A stretch of 62,915 nt of DNA, the filler included, from Platydemus manokwari (Eukaryota), in NCBI GenBank assembly GCA_037951405.1. It is 5 parts of 5 records of this genome, joined end to end, with 100 filler letters (N's around TTAATTAATTAA, not from the genome) between each part and the next. Parts side by side here need not be neighbours in the genome. Positions count along the whole stretch, not along the records: positions 1 to 16,274 come from JBBMOY011192543.1; 4 more parts are not named here. The stretch is one strand, 5' to 3'. Position numbers and translations under genes: made by a program. Numbering within the stretch: the stretch's first letter is position 1; each line of letters begins with the position of its first letter. The notes beneath the pieces are model-generated. The model saw only the letters and a program-made list of their open reading frames with translations. It made no database searches and was not told where the DNA came from. Positions 1 through 12,183 of the stretch are shown here, in pieces.

Positions 1-786
1 ATACAGACACAAAATAAGATGTGGTTTTTTATTCGAATTAAATCTCGGAATTGTAATCCAATGTGATGAGTGATGAAATAGAGTGATTGAAAGGTGTCTT
101 AAACAAAACCAAAACCGCTTAATTTAAGGGTTCATGTATGGAAACAGATTGTTAAGATAGAATGCTTAATTAAATTAAATGTCGATTCTTGAATAATCTC
201 CTTAACTCTTTCATTCGGCTTTAACAATGGCAATAAAATTTCATTGGCATTGAAATGGTGTTCGACCAATTTCCAGATATGAACAAAATTATATTTATGT
301 TCGCAATTTGACATCTTTTTATCTTTTATATCATTGGTTGGCTATAAAATAGTTTTCATGGATACACATTGATCATCTCAATCATAAGAAAAATTGCCAA
401 TATCTAACCAGCTCAAATCAATATTTTGAGTGTATTCAAATGAAATATAATCATAAGTTTTTAATTATGTAGATTAATATAAGTTGAAGTGGAATTTATC
501 AGAACGGGAAATCTCGATTAGCTTATATCTCGATAAATAGACTGTCCGTAATTATACCGTTAATAAATATTATAATAATTCCATTATTTTTCCCTTTCAA
601 AATATTTATATATTCCAATTTTTAATAGTTTTTATTATATATTTTATCTATGTGATACTGTTGTTACGAAGATATCAATTTTGTTGCTTTTATCTATATT
701 TGATCATCTATGTCAACGTAAATATCAACGATGGCATTAGTGTTTGACATTAAAAATATACGATCAGTACAGCCTACATTATTTAC

Positions 787-984
787 ATGTCTTATATGGG
801 TGACAATTATTTTTGGCTTGTCCTCTTTTTATTGATCGTTATTTATTCGTTATCTGAACATGTGAATGGATTTCAGGGCGATTTCAAAAGGGCAAGTCTA
901 CCGGTCTATTTTCGATCAAAATCAGATATCAGTGAAGATATACTGCGTGCCAAAGCACCTTTATATCGATTGATGCCAGAATAA
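787..984 (+). CDS. Small secreted protein / candidate neuropeptide prohormone (65 aa, or first exon of a spliced gene)
   Basis: Hydrophobic signal-peptide-like stretch YFWLVLFLLIVIYSLS, plausible cleavage near VNG, then a dibasic KR and further basic sites (FRSK, RAK). More GC-rich than the flanks. A GC-type donor (AGG|GCAAGT) lies right after the KR codons at 891/892. Confidence 0.5.
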   Translation: MSYMGDNYFWLVLFLLIVIYSLSEHVNGFQGDFKRASLPVYFRSKSDISEDILRAKAPLYRLMPE

Positions 985-1681
985 GTAATATGCTAAGATG
1001 CATGCGTGTAGAATGCTAATATTTTTGTATATTAGTTTAACTAATTGTAGTATTTTTTGTGAAGCAGTGTTTAATACAACACATCTCGAGAACAGTTGTG
1101 TTGGTATATGCAGTGTTGAAAATGGTAGAAAGAAACATTTTTGCTTATAAAATATAGTTAAATCTATAATTTGATTCGTTTAATGTATTGAATGATTTCC
1201 AATTTATTTTGAATCTAGTTCGAATCCATAAATGATATTCTGATAAAATTTTGTGTGAAATTCTTATATTTTCCGTTCATTGATATTTTTGCAAGGAAAT
1301 TTTGGAAGAGTTAGCTTAGAACTGTTATCGCATTATTCCTGGAGTTTTCAGAATAATAGATTGTTTTAATATTATTTAGTAGAATATCAGGTGATAGAGA
1401 TTTAAAAATAATCACACATTAAAACTTTAAGCCATCCAATAAAAAAATACCAGACAATGTCTTTGATGAATTAAACGAGTGATGGAATCAGTAACAAAAT
1501 TACTTATAAACAGCATATTTGTCCTTAAGATCTTATTGTACAATCAATCTGTCATCGTTTGGACTTTGTGAAACTAATAATAGTTGAGTGAACGATTATT
1601 GATGGTGGTGCGAGTTGTGATATTATTTCTTTATTTTTACTATTTGTTTCAATAATAACTTGCATTCCTATTCGATCAACC

Positions 1682-1730
<49 letters not shown>
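1682..1730. repeat. (TAT)n microsatellite
   Basis: About 16 contiguous TAT units seen directly. Confidence 0.95.
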
Positions 1731-1736
<6 letters not shown>

Positions 1737-4700
1737 TATATGGGAACATATAAATATAAAATAAATAAATATCAAATTTCGTTTAGGAATGATTTTAGAA
1801 TAAACAAAAAAAATCGTTACATATTTTATCATCTACTTGCATTTGCAATTGGATACACACTGATTAAATTAATTTATTATTTTATTGGTTGCACATTTGT
1901 TTTATTGCATTTAAATCCAATAAAATACGAACGATCACATTCTCCGAAGTATACATCAAAGTTGTTTTAATAAAACTTAATTTGTAGAAATTTTCTTAGT
2001 AGTCTAACAGAACTTGTTGATCATACATTTTGTAATCACAATTCCATTCCATGAACAAATACTCCTGTTGGAATTATATCGTTAAATTGAATTTTTCTTT
2101 TAAATATCAAAAGAGATGGAAATTTTGTACCATTGGCATAACAGGTTAGAACTGTTGTATAGTGAGTCATTTTGTGGCCAGCGCTTTAAATTGAGGCCGT
2201 TTCAGACTCTCTGACAGCTACTGTCTTGTTCCATATATGGTCTGGTTGAAAACGAGTTGTCTATTTGTCCTCATAGACACTATAAAGGTTAGACCTCGGA
2301 AGGTTTCAACTTTACATATTAAAACCAAGACGATTTTTTGAGCCAAAAATTTGGTAAATTAGTGCGTCTTGTATGTCATCAAATACGGTAACGCTATGAA
2401 GAATGGTTGTACTCTTATAAATCTTTGATAACAATGAATTTTATTATAGCATTTGGAAACTCTAGATCGAATTAAAACATCATTTATTGTTTAGTTAATC
2501 TATGGAACATTATTCTTCTAGTCGTGATCTTGTTTCTTTTAGCTATGTTTTATTCATTTTTATATTTTCCGATTGTGCTCGGCTTAATTTATGCAGTAGT
2601 GGTCGACTATTATATGCCGACTGAACCATATTTGTAATAGAATATTTCAATAAGTCACCTAACTTACATTTACTGTAAATTGTAGATTGTTTTGAATTTT
2701 TTAAGGGAAAAATTTGTATTAAATAGATTTTCCTTGTAAGTTGTGCGGCATGTGGATGCACACAAGAGGATACCAGGTGCGCACAGTTGTAAAATGACTG
2801 TGCACACAAAAGGAAAACGTCAGTGCGCAAAAGTTTCTTACTGAGAACAAAGTACTGGCTCAATGTTCAAAACTTGGTTTAAATATCTGTTTTGAAAATG
2901 GGAGTTAATTTCTTTAGCAACGAAAAAAATTATTTAAGTATGGTTTTATGATTGTTGAAAACAAGGGCTACTTAAATCCGTGATAATCTTGCGTGGTGTT
3001 TTAAACTGCCCTTTCGTCTTTCAGCGTGTTTGATCTGTATTGTAGGCAAAATTTTATGCACATGGCACCAAGGATATTTATTTACTTAAAGTTGTGGATT
3101 TTCAGAAAGGTTGAATAATGACTTGAAACTTGCAAGACTAGTTTTATAAAAGTAGTGTAATATTAGCATCTGGCTTTTGTGTTTATATGAAAAAAAATTC
3201 ATTTGGGCATTGAAAATTTGAAAATCGTAACAGCTAAGTTCATCAACAAGGAAGATTTTGTTTTCAGTGTTCTTTCAGGAAGAATATTAGGGATTTAAAG
3301 ATTATCTATATTTAAAGGTTGTTTATCTGAGAAAAATTATCTGGAATTTGTAAATATTCGGTCTTTCTTACAGCACCAGAACGAGTTATAAGAGAACAGT
3401 ACAATAATTTCAAATTTTTTTGCTCATAGGGAACATTGGTTTGAAAGTGAATGTGTATCTGGATGTGGGGATTGGTCATTATGAAAATCCAAAACCCATA
3501 TCCATTTCCTAATGCAGTGTCTAACTTCAACATTAATGAACAATGAGCATGAAGCCGATTCGAATCAATTGCGGATTCAAAAAAAATATTCATGTTGACT
3601 TGATCCTTACATCTAATAGACTTTGTGCTCTTCGTGATTTTAATATTGCATCCAGTCTGCTAGCAGTTTAGAATATTACGCTACTTTGAACGATGAAATA
3701 ATTATGATTATTATGTTATGTTTGTCATTTGCATTTTTATAAAATTTTATCAAATCAATTGAACTTATCCGTGTAAATTTTGTGACAATTTTGGTAGCTT
3801 CAATCATAGTTATCAATCAATTTTGATTGATAAAGATGAGAGGAAAACTTATGAATGTTTTAATCAATCCTAACGCAGTATAATTATTCCAATAAACAAG
3901 GACAAAATCATTGAATAATAATGAAATAATTAAAATAATTTTTACCATAGCTATATCCTTTATATAAATACAATCAGAATAATTCAAAAAACGGTATAGA
4001 TATTCCAGTCATTCTGACAGCCACATTTCTAGTTCGCCTGGACACTGGGAACAAGTGAAACAGGGACTACTTTTACAATGACTACATGTATTTTGATACA
4101 ACGATTTGGTAGCAATAAATCAAATCATTTTGTAATAATTTTTGACAACGACTATAAATTGACGAAAAATTTGACAGCATTAAAACATTGACTTTAAGTC
4201 ATCATGTCGATTATTTATACTATTTAATTGATGCTTTGAAAGGGAGAACTAGTATTGTTATTCTACTCTTGTTATGTTATTTATGAATAAATAAATGTTA
4301 ATCAATCTGTGAGTGTTGTGAATAAATAATTGTGAAGTTGTGATGAGTTTAGTTTTAATTTTCCGAATTTTATTCTAAACCTAATTTTATTGATGTTGAT
4401 TGGAGGATATATCAAAGCGCAATTAAAATTTTGGATAATATCTTGAAAATCAATACAAACATATATTTTCTATTATATATCTGGATTTATATTTTATTTA
4501 CACTATCAGAATTTTCCTTTATATATATTTTGTTATTAGTGACCATGATAATTTTTCATGAATTTTTAATTTGTATTTAATAATAATATTATATGAAACA
4601 TGTTTTATTGATTCGTTTCATACTTTTTGTTTGTTTATCTGCAGTAATATTGCCGGTGAGGGTTGCGCGAACGAATAAATTAAAACTTTATTAGAATTCA

Positions 4701-4789
4701 AACATAATTTCGTTATTTATATTTCTTCATTCATTATGTTCTTACTATTTATTTTTTTCTTTCTTTTTTAGAGATTTCATGTGGGATGA

Positions 4790-4790
4790 A

Positions 4791-4822
<32 letters not shown>
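4790..4822. repeat. (AT)n(GT)n compound microsatellite
   Basis: atatatatatatatatgtgtgtgtgtgtgtgt seen directly. Confidence 0.9.
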
Positions 4823-7800
4823 ATTATCATCACTTTATTTAAAACTCCATATGTAAAGTTTAATACTAGCCAATTGAATCTTCGGATTTTTTTATCCACA
4901 TACCATTTTAAAAATGTTTGTTGAAGCACTTAATTTTCACTAAAGTTTGAAAGCATTTTATTGAAAATCTTATTAATAATTTTAACTGAATTGATCATTT
5001 TCATTTTACAGATCATGTTTTTCATTAGATTATTATCATCACTTTAATTATATTTCTTATCATTATTGCTATAAAGATACTAGATCTAAATATTGATATA
5101 TTGAAAATAAAATCTTTAATCCAATATTTATCATAATATATTTTTAATCCGTTATTTTAATTGGTTTTATAAATTTAATAATTATTAATTGACATTATAT
5201 CGAAAGATTATATTATAATTAATTTCGCTGATTTGATGGTTATGAAAATGCTATGTTAAGTATTTAGTTTATATTTAATATTAGCATTGCTGAGCATGGA
5301 TTTTGATGGTGATCATTGCAAATGAAGTTGTTATATCATATTAATATGGATAAAATGTCTTGAATACGGGAATGAGATTAATCTAGATATTGGTTTCATT
5401 GATATTTAATTGTATTTTATCATTTTCAGAATCCAAAACGAAACCAAAACCATCAACCTATCACTCGGTCCAAAACCTTTTCGAACTGATTTTATCAATC
5501 TTACGAATCTCAATCACGATATATTTAAAATTACTTTTCTACTTTCAATATCCATTTTCAAATGTTTTATTTTGATATTTTGTGCTTTGAACTGCAAACA
5601 TTAATCATTTCTGTTGATCTATGATTTGCACAAAAGTCAATCAGATATTGGTAATCGATCAGATTTGACAACATTAAATTGATTTTGCGGCTGTTTTGTA
5701 AAATTAAAATTTGTTTAATATTATTTTATCGAATACATTTTTTAGTGTTTGCCTCAAAGCAATTCCAAGAAAATTTTATGGAAAAATAATTTTAAGAAGT
5801 TCATTAATGGGTTTTGAGGTCATGTTAAAAATATGTTTCGTATTATTTGTATTAAAGGAATAATTGATTAAGCTTTACGATTCGTTAGCATTTTCACTCA
5901 TTATCAGATTGTGTAATCAATTTTTGAATTTTCACATGAGGACTCTTAATTTTTAAAATAATTGTTAAAATGTGACCTTGGATCACAATTAAAAGAACAA
6001 AGCATTTAATTTTAAATATACGATTTTCAAAGTATTATTTTATGATTCTAATGTGTTCAACGATCTTATTTGAAGCAAATATTGTATTATTTCTAAATTT
6101 AAAACAATGTTAAATAATTATGATGTAATTTTAATTTCTGAAAACAAATGATAGATTTGTTTCTATATTATAATAGATGGGAAACTTTATTAATATTTGA
6201 TTTTTAAATAAAATGTTTTATTTTACTTTTAGTTTTAAAATATCAATCTAAATAATAAAAATTTTCATGTAACAGAGTATATTTTAATTCAATGATTATA
6301 AAACTCTAAGAATTTCTTTACTTTTCAGATCAATTAATTTCTATGTTATATTTTTAGTTTTACCGACTAATTGAATTATAATTTGTAAATTTTGCTGCAT
6401 AAAGTTTTCAAAAATATTTTTATATATTTAAACATTCTTACTCAACTTAAAATTTTAAATTTCAGTCTTAATTTAATGAATTTGATATTATTTCACTTTG
6501 AGTGAAACAAAACATAGTATGTATTAATGAATTTTCTGACAAGAATTGATTCAACAAGAAATGGGTTAACGAAAGTGGCATAGAATATATGCAAATAATG
6601 CAGTTTATAGCTAAATAGACACCGAATTAAAACAATATGAAATGATAATCTTTATTTCATTACAACAATAAATTTAAAGCACGGAACCTATTTAAAAGGG
6701 GTAGCCTAGTGGCCTACTAACTTTGACATCCTAAAACATGAAAAAGGTGTTGTAAAATAAAATATTTCCAACGTACTTATTATATTATAAATTTAAACAA
6801 AGATTTTATGAAATTTTATCTAATGTTTTTCAATTATTTATACTAGTTGATAATATGAACTTTATATAATTATTATAATTAATTATAATATAATTGCTAT
6901 TTTTAATTAATTATCGCAGCTCAATCTGTAATTCTTTATGAATTGAATTTCTTTAAGTTTTCGTGCCCCAATGGGGTTTGTCTTAAAAATCCGTCAAAAT
7001 TTATTCCCTGTCAGCGCTTTATAATCCCATTGGGTTTTTAATTACTTGATGAATTGGTCTATAAATTAATATATAAGCAGATAGATACTTTTTAAATTTC
7101 TTTAGTCCTATTTGTCTCTGGTTCGAGGTGATGATTCGGCCCATGGAAGGCCGAAATAGGAATACTTTCAGTTTATTTTGTATTTACTTATTTTTATTTT
7201 GACCACTTAACAATACCGAAAATGTCATGCAAACCTGAAATTTAAGTAAGTCACAAAAAGAAAGGTCGTACAATAAAATAGATGAGGACAAAGAAGAAAT
7301 TTCCTATCATGTAGACACCAACTTCAATGACTGTTCCAAAGTGGACTAAATACGAAGATGGTGAAGAAAGCCCGCAAAGCTCAGAATCCATATTAGGGAC
7401 TTCATTGAGACTCGAAATAATGACTCAATCTCGGTTGATGTCAAATACTTGAATTTCTTCTCCTTTGAAATAAATAATGTTTTTTATAAAAAAATCTAAA
7501 TTCTATTGGTCATTTAATTAGAAATTTACGAAATTTACAAAATATTTTGATTATGATTAATATGATGATTATTTATTTTTCTCTATTATTATCAATAGAC
7601 GTAGAAATATAATTTTAAAAAGTATTAAAGACTATAAACCAGAAACATTTATTTATACATATTATTATAGATTATTTATTATTTTAATTATCATTATTAA
7701 TTATTATCGCTAATTACTTAATATTACTATTATTTTTATTTGCGGTTATGGTTTTTATTTATTATCAAATGATGATTTATTAACTTGAAAATAATTTAAG

Positions 7801-10019
7801 CTAAATGGTAAAAAAAATAGTAAAGCGTTTAATTACAAAGGTCACTAAGCAAAAATAACTGAAAACATCACTATTGATGTCAAAAAAAATTTTTGGAAAA
7901 ATTACAAGCCTAAATTCACCAAAAGCATTGTGATGGTTTTCATTTATTAGCAGTTTTTCATTAATTTTAGCAGTTGATGAGTTCTCTTTTTTAATATAGG
8001 TATCTGTTTTATTGGTATTAAAGTTTATTGTTAGAGTGGTATTGATGTTATGACTTTACTAGTCCTACAGAGCTTCGGTACAATTTATGGTGGCGGTGCT
8101 ACCTAGAAAATTTAGCTGAATTATCTAAGGGTTTAAAGTTTTATGAATTGATGGTGCAACAATGAATTTTTAGTACTGATGTTTAGCAAATTAGTTTAGT
8201 ACTGAATGTACACAATAATCAATAAATGTTTTTATTATATTACATTATTTCGATGATGAAAAGTTTAAATTTAATATTAATATCATTCATTTAATAAATC
8301 CGAAAGGTTTACAAGATCTAAAAGATGACAACATGTTAGCACACGTCTCAATCAGATAAGTGCTCAATATCCACACGATAGACATTAATAAAGCTAAAAT
8401 TTAATAGTATTACTAAATGATGCTATAATTTAACTTTAATAGTGCTGAAACTAAAAGCTAAAATGGTACTCAAATGAAATGAGGATTTTCTCTGCAAACA
8501 ATTATCTTTTCAGTAGAATTAAAAATCTTATCTTAAAATCAATCCCTATCTTCTAAAATTCAGATTCTTTCGAAATCTGTCTTCTGGAAATCTTCGCACT
8601 CTAGTAGATTTAAATTTGTTAAATGTGGGCGCATACCATAGACTTCTTTCTTTTTATATACTATTTTGCTTGATATGTGGTAGTATCGTTTATTATGTCT
8701 TTGTTAACAAGAAATTTCCTCAATATCTACATTGTATTTTTCGTTTTACATTTTTTACTATCAGACTTCTATCTTTATTTGTCCATAAACTCCATCAATT
8801 TTATTCTATTCACAATTCTGTCGTTTGAGTTATATTTTTCCTAGTTTGGATTATTTTTTATTTTTTTTTATTTTCCATGTTTTTTTATTTAAGCTCACAT
8901 AATTATTATTCTATTATTTATTTTATTGTTGGATTATTATTAATAATACAATTCCATCTTTTTCAATAATTTGTTTGCTATTCTACTTACTTATTTTACG
9001 TTTATTTACTGATTTCATTAATATCATTTTATTTTCAATATTATTTGACATTATTACAAAATGTTCTTCATGTTAATCAATATTACTTTAATTTTTCGAC
9101 ATCGGTTTAGCTTCATCATTTAAAAATTAATAAGACACTTATGAATGAGAAATTAAATGAATATCATCATTAATGAAATATTATAATTAAATAAGAATAA
9201 ATTGAAGCACAACATAATACTTATAAGTCAAAATGACAAAAGCTTACCTGTTAATAATGTTTTAAGTTGATCTCTTAACACAATAAATGATAAAAGTTTA
9301 GTTGTTAATTATTTGATTGGATTACTGTGTAAACCTTCTGGAAATGCTGGGGCAGTGAAGTTAATGCTGAGCTAATTAAATCGTATTCCATTATTGGAGC
9401 TGTTGTTCCGGTTGTTGTATAGGATTAAGATCAGAATTGGCCAATTTTATGATTAGATGTTTAAGAATGCTATTAGTTTGGGATAGAATATTGTTTGGAT
9501 GCTTATTGGAATGTGATAATGTTTAAAATATTGCTAATGCGCTAATTTTTGGTGTATGCTCCCACAAAATTTAAGACCATTTTTCTAGGCCTATACAAAA
9601 TTAGGTCAAAGATTTAAATACGCAATTTTTATGATGTACTTTAGTGCTTATATTACTGTTTATGGTAATATTCATAATAATTATAACTATTATATTTGAT
9701 TATTATTTTTAATAGTATAACATTAAGCTTGGTTCTAGAAAATTACAAAAATTAATAAATATTGTTGTCTCAGGAGATAATTTTGTTTCACCATCGCAAA
9801 TTAATATCAAGAGCTTACTCTATTTTGAGTCATTACCACTGTGGTTTACCCTTATTGATTGTTGTTATTCAGAAATACATGTATTTAAATAATTTTAAGT
9901 TTTTCCTTAGTGATAGCCTAGTGTTATGGATTAAGCCCATCATTTAATCCTATAAATAATATTTATTCATTTTCATTTATGTACATGGTTCTTTTAATGA
10001 TTGATTATTTTATTTGCAG

Positions 10020-10124
10020 TCCGGTGATGGCGACACTGGATCGGACATTGATGAGTCGTTGAAAAAGAACTCAGGAAAGTCCTACGAACGATGGTACGAT
10101 AGTGCTGCCAATGACATTGGCTGA
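10020..10124 (+). CDS. Orphan terminal coding exon (SGDGDTGSDIDESLKKNSGKSYERWYDSAANDIG*)
   Basis: Strong acceptor ttttatttgcag|, open in phase 0 to TGA at 10122-10124. 51 of 105 bases are G/C against a very AT-rich flank. Confidence 0.55.
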   Translation, partial: SGDGDTGSDIDESLKKNSGKSYERWYDSAANDIG

Positions 10125-11226
10125 ATAATTCGACGGAAAATATTGAAGAAAAGATATATTGAAAGAAATCTTGTGAATGATTAATAAGCAAAGATTAATA
10201 TTGTCTTTTACAAGCCTAGACGATATCAGTCCAAGATTTTTGCTAAATGATATTTATAATAATTATTATATTAAATTTTTTGTATCGATAAAACAAGATT
10301 TTCACGTTATCAATGAAGTATTCACTGCATTATTTTCATTTTTATTGTCTGAGTTAAAATTGTGTGAATGAATATATATATATCATTAATAGATCAATAT
10401 ATTACGTGATTTAATTTCACTGGATTATATAATTGCGAATATCGAAAAAGTTCCACAGAGCATCGAATCAGAATATATGGAATATTTGATTACCATATAT
10501 ACTTCAGTTGAAGACACAGTGTATAGACCGAAACACTGAGAAGCTCAAATTAGGAAGATGAAACTATAAAAAACCTAACAATTTTTCAAAGTCGGTGTGA
10601 GAGATTTTCCTACCGCTCCGTGAAGGTCTTATTTATATTGAGTGATAATAATTATTTTCTATCTGCAGTCCATATTCAATAACCCTATTTTAAATCACAA
10701 GAGTTAGTTATTTATGTTCTAACTGACAAAATGATATCACTCTGTTGGGCTTTTATATTTATTTAAATATTATAAAAACACAAAAAATTTTAATCACATT
10801 TTAGTGATGTAATATTTTATTTTATCAATTTTTTATTTTGTCTTATTTTTTCAGCTTTCCAAATATATCTAAATCTTTGATAAATAATTTATCTGAAAAA
10901 TACATCACAATAGTTTTTTGAATAATCGTTTTGTGTTTACGGTTAATGGGATCAATTCTAGATTGGAAAAATATAACCTTCTGGAACTTTTATTGCTTTC
11001 TTTTTTCTTGTTCGAGTTCAAATAAAAATTGTTTTAGAATTTTGTTCAGAAAAATTTAATTATATTGATAATATATTTCTTATAAATAAAACTGAGGAGT
11101 AATAGTAATAATCAGTTGTATACAAAATAATATGATAGTCATATATGATTTGATTCCAATTATTTAAGTACTATTTATAAGAATCGATCAATAATTCAAT
11201 AACTATATTATTTTTCTGATGATGCT

Positions 11227-12183
11227 ATGGGAAATTGTTTCTTTTGCTACAAGCCTATTAATATCAGCGAAAGTCGTACTGAGTCCTCTGAAGTTTCGGG
11301 GAAGAATTTTTTTGACAAAATGATGATTAAAGTACCCATCAGAAGGCAAACAACCAAATCTGTATCTAATGAAAAATCAACTACATCATCAGCCTCTGTT
11401 CCATTACCATTACCATATTCTCCGAGAAATTTTGCCGCTTCACCAGCAGAAAGGGAACGAAAAATTGATAACCAAATAATATCCAATTTTAAAGTTGGAA
11501 TGATCAAGAAAGACGATCGTTACACACTAACATTCTGGATGCCAGAATCGAAGATGTCAATGCAAGACTTCGTTGAAATACATAATATTCCACTTTACGA
11601 ATTACGTGATCCACATTCTTTCCGAATATACTGTGTCGGTCTAAAGTGGCACAACAGCGCTGAAAAATTCTATAACATTTGGGAAAGTATGAAGGGCGTC
11701 CGATCACGGATTACTAATGCCACTTTAAGTAAATTTGATATAAAAATCAATATTTCTGACTGTTTTCACGCAAGTAATGGCAACTATTGCCGTGCTTATC
11801 AGTTTATTGGTAAAGATAAAGCAAATTTACAACGGGCTTTTGCATGGTTCAGTAGTACTTTAAGGCCGACCGAGGCCAAGTATCTTGAACAGCATCACAG
11901 CAACTGGTTTTCAAAAGATTTATACGGTGATAAACAAAGATATCTCGATGAGTTTTTTCCAATGAAAACAGATGCTTGTGGAGATGTAATTGATCCATTA
12001 ACGGATGAAAAATTGAAAATATTGATATCTCAAACACAAAACCAACGTAATCTGTTAACCAATCAAAACAACAATAATAACACGACTATTGGGACAATTC
12101 GAACAAAAGATTATTCTCAATTAAATAACAATATCAATGCATATTTGAAAGACATCATTTATTCATTTTTATCCTACTTTTAA
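11227..12183 (+). CDS. Intronless 318-aa protein of unknown function with N-terminal myristoylation/palmitoylation-type motif
   Basis: 957-nt ORF in DNA where chance ORFs rarely exceed 100 aa. MGNCFFC start, Ser/Thr/Pro linker, globular-looking core and Asn-rich tail. Confidence 0.75.
   Translation: MGNCFFCYKPINISESRTESSEVSGKNFFDKMMIKVPIRRQTTKSVSNEKSTTSSASVPLPLPYSPRNFAASPAERERKIDNQIISNFKVGMIKKDDRYTLTFWMPESKMSMQDFVEIHNIPLYELRDPHSFRIYCVGLKWHNSAEKFYNIWESMKGVRSRITNATLSKFDIKINISDCFHASNGNYCRAYQFIGKDKANLQRAFAWFSSTLRPTEAKYLEQHHSNWFSKDLYGDKQRYLDEFFPMKTDACGDVIDPLTDEKLKILISQTQNQRNLLTNQNNNNNTTIGTIRTKDYSQLNNNINAYLKDIIYSFLSYF

Noticed and set aside
8077-8100. PBS-like TGGTGGCGGTG after ...ACA (Gypsy-type)
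   Set aside because: No recognisable LTR pair or gag/pol downstream, so it is too weak to call.
1740-9947. Numerous 60-106-aa ORFs rich in F/I/L/Y/K/N
   Set aside because: Composition is what AT-rich non-coding DNA yields by chance, with no motifs or splice support. The same applies to ORFs antisense to the real exons (e.g. 11247-11507, 41598-42123, 42897-43145).
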